From assembly GCA_018303725.1 (NCBI GenBank), contig JAGVXP010000051.1, positions 4,033 to 36,032 on the forward strand: DNA of 32,000 bases. Direction: 5' to 3'. Every line of letters begins with the position of its first letter. The stretch's first letter is position 1. The position numbers and the translations under genes are program-made. The stretch comes from Candidatus Woesearchaeota archaeon. GTDB lineage: Archaea; Nanobdellota; Nanobdellia; Woesearchaeales; JAGVXP01. The notes below the pieces were generated by a model that had not been told where the DNA came from, searched no databases, and worked only from the letters and a program-made list of their open reading frames with translations. Of this stretch, positions 25,007 through 32,000 are shown piece by piece.

Positions 25007-26259
25007 ACAAAAAAATTTTAACAATTGTAATAATACTTCTAATGGCCGCTATTGTAGCTGCAGCAGCGGTATTGTTTCTTTTTCCATATCAACCAGACCA
25101 ACCGCCAAAAGCAGATGATGTTGGTTCAACACAACAAGGAATTCAAGAAGTAGCCAATGCCAATAATCAATTTGCCTTTGAACTCTATTCGGAATTGAAT
25201 AAAGCCCAAGAGGGTAATTTATTCTATTCGCCTTATAGTATTTCTGCTGCTTTAGCAATGACTTATGAAGGTGCAAAAGGACAAACAGCAGATGAAATGA
25301 AATCTGTTTTTCATTTTCCAGAAAGTAGCACATTAAGACCAAATTTTGCTGCAATTTATAATGATATCAATAGAGGAAATAATGCATATGAGTTAAGAAC
25401 AGGAAACGCTTTATGGGCACAATATGATTATCAATTCCTTGAAGATTATATAAGTAGAGTAGAAAAATACTATAGTGGCAAGATAGCTAATCTTGATTTT
25501 AAGCAAGAAACCGAAAAATCAAGACAGACAATTAATAGTTTCATAGAAGAACAAACTAACAACAAAATCAAAGATTTAATTCCAGCAGGAGTTCTAAATT
25601 CAATGACTAGATTAGTTCTTACAAATGCAATTTATTTTAAAGGAACTTGGGAATGGGAATTTGATAAATCTGATACTCGTGAACAGGATTTTAAAATAAC
25701 TCCTACCAATATTGTAAAAACCCCTATGATGCACATGGATCCTGATAAAGCAAGATTTAATTATGCTTATACAGAAAACTTACAAATCTTAGAGTTGCCA
25801 TACAAAGGCGATAAAATTTCAATGTTAATATTATTACCAACCAAAACTCTTGATGCCATAGAGCCTTCTTTAACAGTAGAAAAACTTTCTGAATATAAGA
25901 GCCAAATGCAAGAAACAAAATTGGATTCAATTTCACTTCCAAAATTTGAGTTTGATACCAAATACTTTATGAAAGATACCCTAAGTGCTTTAGGAATGCC
26001 AACCGCTTTTACATTTGATGCCGATTTTTCAGGTATGAATGGAATTAGGGAGTTATTTATATCTGCAGTTATTCATCAAGCATATGTCAAAGTTGATGAG
26101 AAGGGAACAGAAGCCGCAGCTGCAACAGCAGTCATTATGGAGCAAATGACAGCTATGCCAAGAAATGTATTCCGAGCAGACCATCCATTCATTTTCATAA
26201 TTCAGGAAAAAGATACAGGAAATATTTTGTTTATGGGTAAGGTTGTTGATCCTAGATAA
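25003..26259 (+). CDS. Serpin (inhibitory type) with an N-terminal signal/anchor
   Basis: Has NLFYSPYSISAALAMTYEGAKG, the hinge EKGTEAAAATAV and the C-terminal FRADHPFIFII. An N-terminal hydrophobic helix is present. An ATGA junction overlaps the ArsR-like gene. Confidence 0.9.
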   Translation: MNKKILTIVIILLMAAIVAAAAVLFLFPYQPDQPPKADDVGSTQQGIQEVANANNQFAFELYSELNKAQEGNLFYSPYSISAALAMTYEGAKGQTADEMKSVFHFPESSTLRPNFAAIYNDINRGNNAYELRTGNALWAQYDYQFLEDYISRVEKYYSGKIANLDFKQETEKSRQTINSFIEEQTNNKIKDLIPAGVLNSMTRLVLTNAIYFKGTWEWEFDKSDTREQDFKITPTNIVKTPMMHMDPDKARFNYAYTENLQILELPYKGDKISMLILLPTKTLDAIEPSLTVEKLSEYKSQMQETKLDSISLPKFEFDTKYFMKDTLSALGMPTAFTFDADFSGMNGIRELFISAVIHQAYVKVDEKGTEAAAATAVIMEQMTAMPRNVFRADHPFIFIIQEKDTGNILFMGKVVDPR

Positions 26260-26264
26260 ATCAA

Positions 26265-26849
26265 ATGAAAAAAATAATTTTTATTTGCTTATTAATTTTA
26301 GTGATTTTGATTAGTGGCTGTGCTCAAGAAAAACCTACCCAAGAAGACAAATTTGTAAAAGATTTGATAGCAAAAGAAGAGGGTGAACAACTAGGCACCA
26401 TTGAATTAGTTGAAAAATGCATTTACAAAGACCAAACTATTTATCATCTTGTAGCTGGCTGTTGTGATTTTTTTAATGGTGTTTATAATAAAAATAGCGA
26501 TAAGATTTGTTCTACTGGCGGGCTTACCGGAAGAGGAGATGGAAAATGTCCAGATTTTTTTGAAAGAAGAAAAAATTGCGAACTTATTTGGGAAGCCTCT
26601 AGTTCTCAACAAAGTGAAGAAAAAGAATGTATTACAGACACGGATTGTGGAATAGGAGGCTGCTCAGGCCAGATATGCGGCCAAAAGGATAAAGTTAAGG
26701 ATATAATAACAATATGCGAATGGAGAGAAGAGTATGATTGTTACAGGAAAACAGCGTGTTCTTGTGTTGATAATAAATGCCAGTGGGAAGAAACAAGCGA
26801 GTTTTTAGACTGCATAGCTTCAAAATCTTCAGCAGCTGTTATAACCTAA
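26265..26849 (+). CDS. Secreted cysteine-rich lipoprotein (two Cys-cluster domains)
   Basis: It has a signal peptide with a lipobox-like LISGC and 16 Cys in the mature part. The C-terminal domain CITDTDCGIGGCSGQICG...CEW...CYRKTACSCVDNKCQW resembles an eight-cysteine-cluster domain (weak recall). Confidence 0.55.
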   Translation: MKKIIFICLLILVILISGCAQEKPTQEDKFVKDLIAKEEGEQLGTIELVEKCIYKDQTIYHLVAGCCDFFNGVYNKNSDKICSTGGLTGRGDGKCPDFFERRKNCELIWEASSSQQSEEKECITDTDCGIGGCSGQICGQKDKVKDIITICEWREEYDCYRKTACSCVDNKCQWEETSEFLDCIASKSSAAVIT

Positions 26850-26963
26850 AATGCCTTTACAGGCTCTATAAAGCCAAAATCCACAATTTTAACTTCAAAT
26901 GAAATCGAAATTTACCCAGGGTATTTATATATGCTTGCATTACCATAGGAAAGGTGATTAAAA

Positions 26964-28913
26964 ATGAATACAAACAAAATTTATTCAATAGCATTTGTTA
27001 TTTTATTAGTTGCATCTATTCTAGCTGGTTGTGAAGATGATACCAATACACAAGGACCAACTACAAAAATAAGTAAAATTGCAAGATTCAGCTCAGGAGA
27101 GGAGCTTTTAAAAGCTTTTGAAGAAGCTAGAAAAACCGGGAGAGGTTTCTTTGGTGGCATCATGGAAGAAGCTACAATGGTAAAAGCAACTGCAGTAGCA
27201 GAATCAGCTCCTCAGGCAGCAGGCGATTCCGGAAGGGAATATTCAGAAACAAACATACAAGTAGAGGGTGTTGATGAAGCAGATATAATAAAGACAGACG
27301 GGAACTATATTTACACATTAGCTAATGGAAAGCTTGTGATAGCCAAGGCTTATCCTGCAGAGGATGCTGAAATTCTTTCAACAACAATGCTGGATAACTT
27401 TTATCCAACAGAATTATTTGTCCATAAAGATAGGTTGTTGCTGTTTGGTTCCGCATCATACAGTTTTGGAGAAGAAAAACAGGAAATTGGAATGCCTGTC
27501 AAAGAAAAAATAGCGCCTTATCCGAGATATATAGGGGTTATGTCTGTCAGGCTGTATGACACCTCTAACAAAGAAGAGCCTGAATTACTAAGAACTGTCG
27601 ATTTTGAAGGCAGCTATTTAACCTCAAGGAAAATCGGGGAAAATGCGTATTTTGTTGTAAATTCATACCCCCATTATTACAGGGCAGAACCTACAGCAGA
27701 AGAGATTATCCCTTACTATAGGGATAGTGAGAAATCAGAAGAGCTTAAGCCAATTGCAGAGCCAACAGGTATAGGTTATATTGAGCCAATCCAGGCTGAG
27801 AACTTTATAACCATCGCTTCAATTTCAATGGCCGATGAAGACAAAGATGTTGAAAAAGAGGTTATTGTCGGCTCAGGCCAGAATGTTTATGCATCACTTG
27901 AAAATCTGTATATTGCACAGACAACATGGCCAAGATATATCATTATGGGGGAATTGAAAGAGGATAATGTTCAAAAAACAGTTATAACTAGGTTAGCATT
28001 AGATAACGGAAAAATCGAATTTACAGGGGCTGGTGAAGTAAAAGGGCACATCCTTAACCAGTTTTCAATGGATGAATACAAAGGCAATTTCAGGATTGCA
28101 ACAACAACCAGCGGCTATTCAGATAACAAAGATACATCAACAAACAACATGTATATTTTAGATGAAGGCCTTGATGTTATTGGAGAGCTTGAAGGAGTAG
28201 CTCCTGGTGAAAGCATTTATTCTGTAAGATTTATGGGAGACAGGGGCTATATGGTCACATTCAGGCATATAGATCCTTTATTTGTTGTTGACCTCAAAGA
28301 GCCTGAAAATCCAAAGATACTGGGCAAATTAAAAATACCTGGCTACTCTGACTATCTGCATCCATACGATGAAACACACCTTATTGGGATTGGAAAAGAG
28401 GTAGATGCCAGCATTGATGCAGACAAAGTCCATACAGAAGGTGCTGTGTATTATACTGCAATACAGGGCGTTAAGCTTGCAATCTTTGATGTCAGCGATG
28501 TTGAAAACCCGATAGAAATGCACAAAGAGGTTATTGGCGACAGAGGAACAGACACCCCTGCTTCCAGAGACCACAAGGCATTTTTATTTGACAAAGAAAA
28601 AGGGTTGCTAGTGATTCCAATGACAGTTGCTGAATTAAAAGAAGGCCAGCCAAAGAGCATGCAGGGAGAATTTGTATTTCAAGGAGCTTATGTATACGAC
28701 CTCTCATTAGAAGATGGGTTTGAGCTTAGAGGGAGAGTAACGCACTACGATGATGATGAAGAATTCAAGAAATCAGGTTATTATTTCAGGGGAGACAGCT
28801 CAATTGAAAGAAGCCTCTACATTGAGGATGTGCTTTATACGCTATCTAGTTCAAGGCTTCAGCTGAATGATCTTGATGACCTAGAGAGACTGAAAGTACT
28901 AGAGTTTGAATAA
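26964..28913 (+). CDS. Secreted beta-propeller domain protein (Beta_propel, PF09826-like) with a lipobox
   Basis: It has a signal peptide with LAGC. TNIQVEGVDEADIIKTDGNYIYTL and later repeats are typical of this family (recalled from memory). Confidence 0.75.
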   Translation: MNTNKIYSIAFVILLVASILAGCEDDTNTQGPTTKISKIARFSSGEELLKAFEEARKTGRGFFGGIMEEATMVKATAVAESAPQAAGDSGREYSETNIQVEGVDEADIIKTDGNYIYTLANGKLVIAKAYPAEDAEILSTTMLDNFYPTELFVHKDRLLLFGSASYSFGEEKQEIGMPVKEKIAPYPRYIGVMSVRLYDTSNKEEPELLRTVDFEGSYLTSRKIGENAYFVVNSYPHYYRAEPTAEEIIPYYRDSEKSEELKPIAEPTGIGYIEPIQAENFITIASISMADEDKDVEKEVIVGSGQNVYASLENLYIAQTTWPRYIIMGELKEDNVQKTVITRLALDNGKIEFTGAGEVKGHILNQFSMDEYKGNFRIATTTSGYSDNKDTSTNNMYILDEGLDVIGELEGVAPGESIYSVRFMGDRGYMVTFRHIDPLFVVDLKEPENPKILGKLKIPGYSDYLHPYDETHLIGIGKEVDASIDADKVHTEGAVYYTAIQGVKLAIFDVSDVENPIEMHKEVIGDRGTDTPASRDHKAFLFDKEKGLLVIPMTVAELKEGQPKSMQGEFVFQGAYVYDLSLEDGFELRGRVTHYDDDEEFKKSGYYFRGDSSIERSLYIEDVLYTLSSSRLQLNDLDDLERLKVLEFE

Positions 28914-28915
28914 AC

Positions 28916-28923
28916 TTTAAATA
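28916..28923 (+). promoter_or_regulatory. Archaeal TATA-box candidate for the Fap7-like gene (leaderless geometry)
   Basis: TTTAAATA begins 30 nt upstream of ATG 28946. The T-run 28931..28945 may also terminate the upstream gene. Confidence 0.4.
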
Positions 28924-28945
28924 CTCTCTTCTTTTTCTTTTTTTT

Positions 28946-29422
28946 ATGAAAGTAGTAATAGTCACAGGCACGCCCGGCACAGGAAAAACAACACTAGCTA
29001 AAAAACTGGCAAAGAAATTAGATTACGATTATATTGATATAAATAAAGTTGTAAAAGAAAATAAATTAAACAAGGAGTATGACAAAAAAAGAAAATGCTA
29101 TGTTGTTGATATAAATAAATTAAATAAAGCCCTAATCAAAATAATAAAGAATTCTAAGAAATCATCAATAATAGATTCTCACCTAAGCCACAACCTGCCT
29201 AAAAAATATGTTGATGTATGTATTGTAACAAAATGCGATTTAAAGGAGTTGCAAAGAAGGTTAAAAAAGAAAAATTACGCTAAACAAAAAATAAGGGAAA
29301 ACCTAGATTGTGAGATATTTGATATATGCTTAAATGAAGCTAAAGAAGCTGGGCATAAGGTAGTTGTTATTAAAACAACGAAGGGTTTAAATATAGCTGC
29401 TATTTCTAAAAAGATAAAATGA
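28946..29422 (+). CDS. Fap7 / adenylate kinase isoenzyme-6-like NTPase
   Basis: MKVVIVTGTPGTGKTTLAKKLAKKL carries the P-loop, and the protein is about 158 aa, typical of archaeal Fap7. Confidence 0.7.
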   Translation: MKVVIVTGTPGTGKTTLAKKLAKKLDYDYIDINKVVKENKLNKEYDKKRKCYVVDINKLNKALIKIIKNSKKSSIIDSHLSHNLPKKYVDVCIVTKCDLKELQRRLKKKNYAKQKIRENLDCEIFDICLNEAKEAGHKVVVIKTTKGLNIAAISKKIK

Positions 29423-30714
29423 ACCCGCAAGCTGAAGAACTAAATGAGATAATAAAGAAAAACAACACCAATATATTTGAAATGCTCTCAGAGAAAGGCA
29501 AAGCTATTTTCTTTCCGAAAAAGGGCATTTTAGCACAGACAGCAGATGCAAAAGGAAAGGAGATAAATGCAACAATAGGCATTGCCTTAGAGGAGGATGG
29601 AAGCCCGGTGAGGCTGAAAACCATTGCTAGGCATATAAAAGGCATTGATCCAAAAGATACCTTTCAATATGCCCCTTCGCAAGGAAAGCCTGAGCTAAGG
29701 CAGAAATGGAAAGAGCTTATTTACGAAAAAAACCCAACATTAAAAGGAAAAGAAACCAGCCTGCCAATTGTCACTAACGCGCTAACGCATGGCTTAAGCA
29801 TGGTTGGCTACATATTTGCTGGTAATGGTGATAAGATAATCAGCCCGGACCTGTATTGGGAAAATTATGAGCTGATTTTTACAAATGCCTATGGGGCTGA
29901 AATAGAAACTTTCCCAACGTTTGCTGGTAAGAGGTTTAATGTTAATGGCTTGAGGGAAAAGCTTTCCGGCGGAGGAAATAAAAAGATTGTTTTGCTGAAT
30001 TTCCCAAACAACCCAAGCGGCTATACACCAACAGAGGAAGAAGCCAAACAGATTATAGAAACAATAAAAGAAGCTGCTGAAAATGGAGAAAATGTTGTTG
30101 TTGTGATAGATGACGCATATTTTGGCCTTGTTTATAAAAAAGGCATTTTTACAGAGTCAATATTCGCACAATTGGCAGATGCAAATGAAAGGATACTGGC
30201 TGTAAAACTGGATGGGGCAACCAAAGAGGATTATGCATGGGGATTCAGGGTTGGCTTTGTTACGTATGGTGTTAAAGGCGGAAATAAAAATATCTATGAT
30301 GCTTTGGAAGCAAAGACAGCAGGAGCTGTAAGGGGCAGCATATCAAATGCCCCGCACATATCGCAAAGCCTTGTTCTGGTTTCTTTAAATTCTCCCAAAT
30401 ATATGAAAGAGAAGAAGAAAAAACATAATCTGTTAAAAAAAAGATTTAAGGCAGTTGAAAATGTTTTAAAGGAGCATGAAGAATATCGGGGGGCTTTTGA
30501 AGCCCTGCCATTTAACTCAGGCTATTTCATGTGTGTTAAGCTGAAGGAAGGCCTGGATGGGGAAAAAGTCAGGCAGAATTTATTGCAGAAATACAGCACA
30601 GGGGTAATTGTAACAGGAAATATTATAAGGATGGCGTTTTCTGCTGTACCAACCGAAAAAATTCCGAAATTGTTTGAGAATTTATATAATGCCTGTAGGG
30701 ACCAATCAAATTAA
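29419..30714 (+). CDS. Class I/II PLP-dependent aminotransferase (aspartate aminotransferase-like)
   Basis: Has LNFPNNPSGYTP and DDAYFGL, with a Lys-containing DGATKEDYAWGFRVGF segment. An ATGA junction overlaps the upstream gene. Confidence 0.8.
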   Translation: MNPQAEELNEIIKKNNTNIFEMLSEKGKAIFFPKKGILAQTADAKGKEINATIGIALEEDGSPVRLKTIARHIKGIDPKDTFQYAPSQGKPELRQKWKELIYEKNPTLKGKETSLPIVTNALTHGLSMVGYIFAGNGDKIISPDLYWENYELIFTNAYGAEIETFPTFAGKRFNVNGLREKLSGGGNKKIVLLNFPNNPSGYTPTEEEAKQIIETIKEAAENGENVVVVIDDAYFGLVYKKGIFTESIFAQLADANERILAVKLDGATKEDYAWGFRVGFVTYGVKGGNKNIYDALEAKTAGAVRGSISNAPHISQSLVLVSLNSPKYMKEKKKKHNLLKKRFKAVENVLKEHEEYRGAFEALPFNSGYFMCVKLKEGLDGEKVRQNLLQKYSTGVIVTGNIIRMAFSAVPTEKIPKLFENLYNACRDQSN

Positions 30715-30725
30715 AGCTGATAAAA

Positions 30726-32000
30726 ATGAACATAGACAAAAATATACTCAATGAAAAAAACCTTAAAAAATTGGTGGCACTTAATAATCCCAAAGTGATG
30801 GAGATAGTTGAGAAATATACTAAGCTGTGTAAGCCAGCCAAAGTTACTGTTTTGACTGATTCTGAAGAAGACATAAATTATGCTAGGGAGCTTTCATTAA
30901 AAAATAGAGAAGAAGCCAAGCTTGCTATGAAAGGCCATACAATACATTTTGATGGCCCTCAAGATCAGGGTAGGGATTTGATTAACACGCGTGTTTTATT
31001 GCCTAAAGGATTAAAATTAAGCGAAGCAATTGAAACTATTGATAGAGAACAAGGCTTAAAGGAAGTATTTGAAATCCTTGACGGAATCATGAAAGGAAAG
31101 GAAATGCTAGTTATATTTTATTGTCTAGGTCCTACAAATTCAAAATTTTCAATTCCAGCTTTGCAATTAACAGATTCTGCATATGTTGCGCACAGTGAAA
31201 ACATACTTTACAGGCAAGGCTACCAAGAATTCAAAAGATTAGAAGGTTCTTTTAATTTTTTTTATTTCATACATTCAGCAGGAAAACTTGATGAAAGAAA
31301 AAATTCTATAGATGTAGACAAAAGAAGGGTTTATATGGATTTAAAAGAAGACCGTGTATTCACAGTAAACAACCAGTATGCTGGAAACAGCGTTGGTCTA
31401 AAAAAATTAGCCTTAAGACTTGCGATTTCTAAAGCAAATAAAGAAGGCTGGCTTTGTGAGCACATGTTTATTATGGGAGCGCATCCAGAAGGAAAAAACA
31501 GGATTACCTATTTCACAGGCGCTTTTCCAACAGCTTGTGGGAAGACATCCACAGCAATGATTTCCGGACAAACAATAGTTGGAGATGACATAGCATATAT
31601 TAGGTCAGGAAATGGCAAACAGGCATATGCAGTAAATGTTGAACATGGGATTTTTGGGATTATACAGGATATTAACCCTACAGACGATCCAATCATCTAC
31701 AAAGCATTAACAACACCAAGAGAATTGATATTTTCAAATATTTTGGTAAAGGATAATAAACCATACTGGCTTGGAATGGGACAAGATCTCCCCAAAGAAG
31801 GGATTAACTATTCAGGAGAATGGAAAGAAGGCAAAAAAGATAACAAAGGGAAGGATATACTGCCGGCGCATAAAAATGCTCGTTATACAATAAGAATAAA
31901 CGGGCTTGAGAATGCTGACAAAAAAGCAGATGATCCGTATGGTGTTCCTGTTAGTGGTTTTATCTATGGGGGCAGGGACTCTGACACGTCTATACCTATC
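30726..32000 (+). CDS. pck: Phosphoenolpyruvate carboxykinase (GTP), partial; the 3' end runs off the window
   Basis: Hand translation from ATG 30726 gives MNIDKNILNEKNLKKLVALNNPKV...YFTGAFPTACGKTSTAM (kinase-1a P-loop)...IVGDDIAYI...HKNARYT. The frame stays open to the window end. It is absent from the ORF track because it has no stop codon inside the window. Confidence 0.9.
   Translation, partial: MNIDKNILNEKNLKKLVALNNPKVMEIVEKYTKLCKPAKVTVLTDSEEDINYARELSLKNREEAKLAMKGHTIHFDGPQDQGRDLINTRVLLPKGLKLSEAIETIDREQGLKEVFEILDGIMKGKEMLVIFYCLGPTNSKFSIPALQLTDSAYVAHSENILYRQGYQEFKRLEGSFNFFYFIHSAGKLDERKNSIDVDKRRVYMDLKEDRVFTVNNQYAGNSVGLKKLALRLAISKANKEGWLCEHMFIMGAHPEGKNRITYFTGAFPTACGKTSTAMISGQTIVGDDIAYIRSGNGKQAYAVNVEHGIFGIIQDINPTDDPIIYKALTTPRELIFSNILVKDNKPYWLGMGQDLPKEGINYSGEWKEGKKDNKGKDILPAHKNARYTIRINGLENADKKADDPYGVPVSGFIYGGRDSDTSIPI

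Noticed and set aside
26530-26538. An RGD tripeptide (LTGRGDGKC) in the Cys-rich lipoprotein as an integrin-type adhesion motif
   Set aside because: A tripeptide occurs by chance too often, and there is no supporting context.

Overview
AT-rich, gene-dense window that looks archaeal: RadB, a zinc-ribbon MBF1, a Fap7-type kinase, and TATA-like boxes about 26 nt upstream of start codons, which implies leaderless mRNAs. A small-genome or DPANN-like lineage is only a guess. Positions 1-19.1 kb form an acyl-CoA metabolic supercluster. It holds acyl-CoA dehydrogenase with EtfB/EtfA, an SDR ketoreductase, a FabZ-like dehydratase and two paralogous thiolase-like genes. It also holds a DUF35-DUF362 fusion, a four-subunit 2-oxoacid:ferredoxin oxidoreductase (OFOR), a biotin-dependent acyl-CoA carboxylase set (biotin carboxylase, biotin ligase, BCCP, carboxyltransferase) and a hotdog thioesterase. 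No ACP or KAS gene is present. Three more AT-rich insertions interrupt the cluster: an orphan 328-aa ORF, a type II restriction-modification (R-M) island (EcoRI/MunI-like endonuclease, MT-A70 methylase, two small AbrB-like genes), and an orphan 321-aa ORF wedged between the OFOR beta and gamma genes. The OFOR beta gene is split by a perfect 50-bp tandem duplication. The right third encodes RadB, a GT2 / thioredoxin-like / GT39 glycosylation operon, MBF1 and YjbQ. It also encodes a membrane-tethered ArsR-type regulator translationally coupled to a serpin, followed by a Cys-rich lipoprotein and a beta-propeller surface protein. It ends with a Fap7-like kinase, an aminotransferase and a 3'-truncated GTP-PEPCK. 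I saw no tRNA, rRNA, CRISPR array or transposase. All functional calls come from motif recognition by eye; no searches were run.
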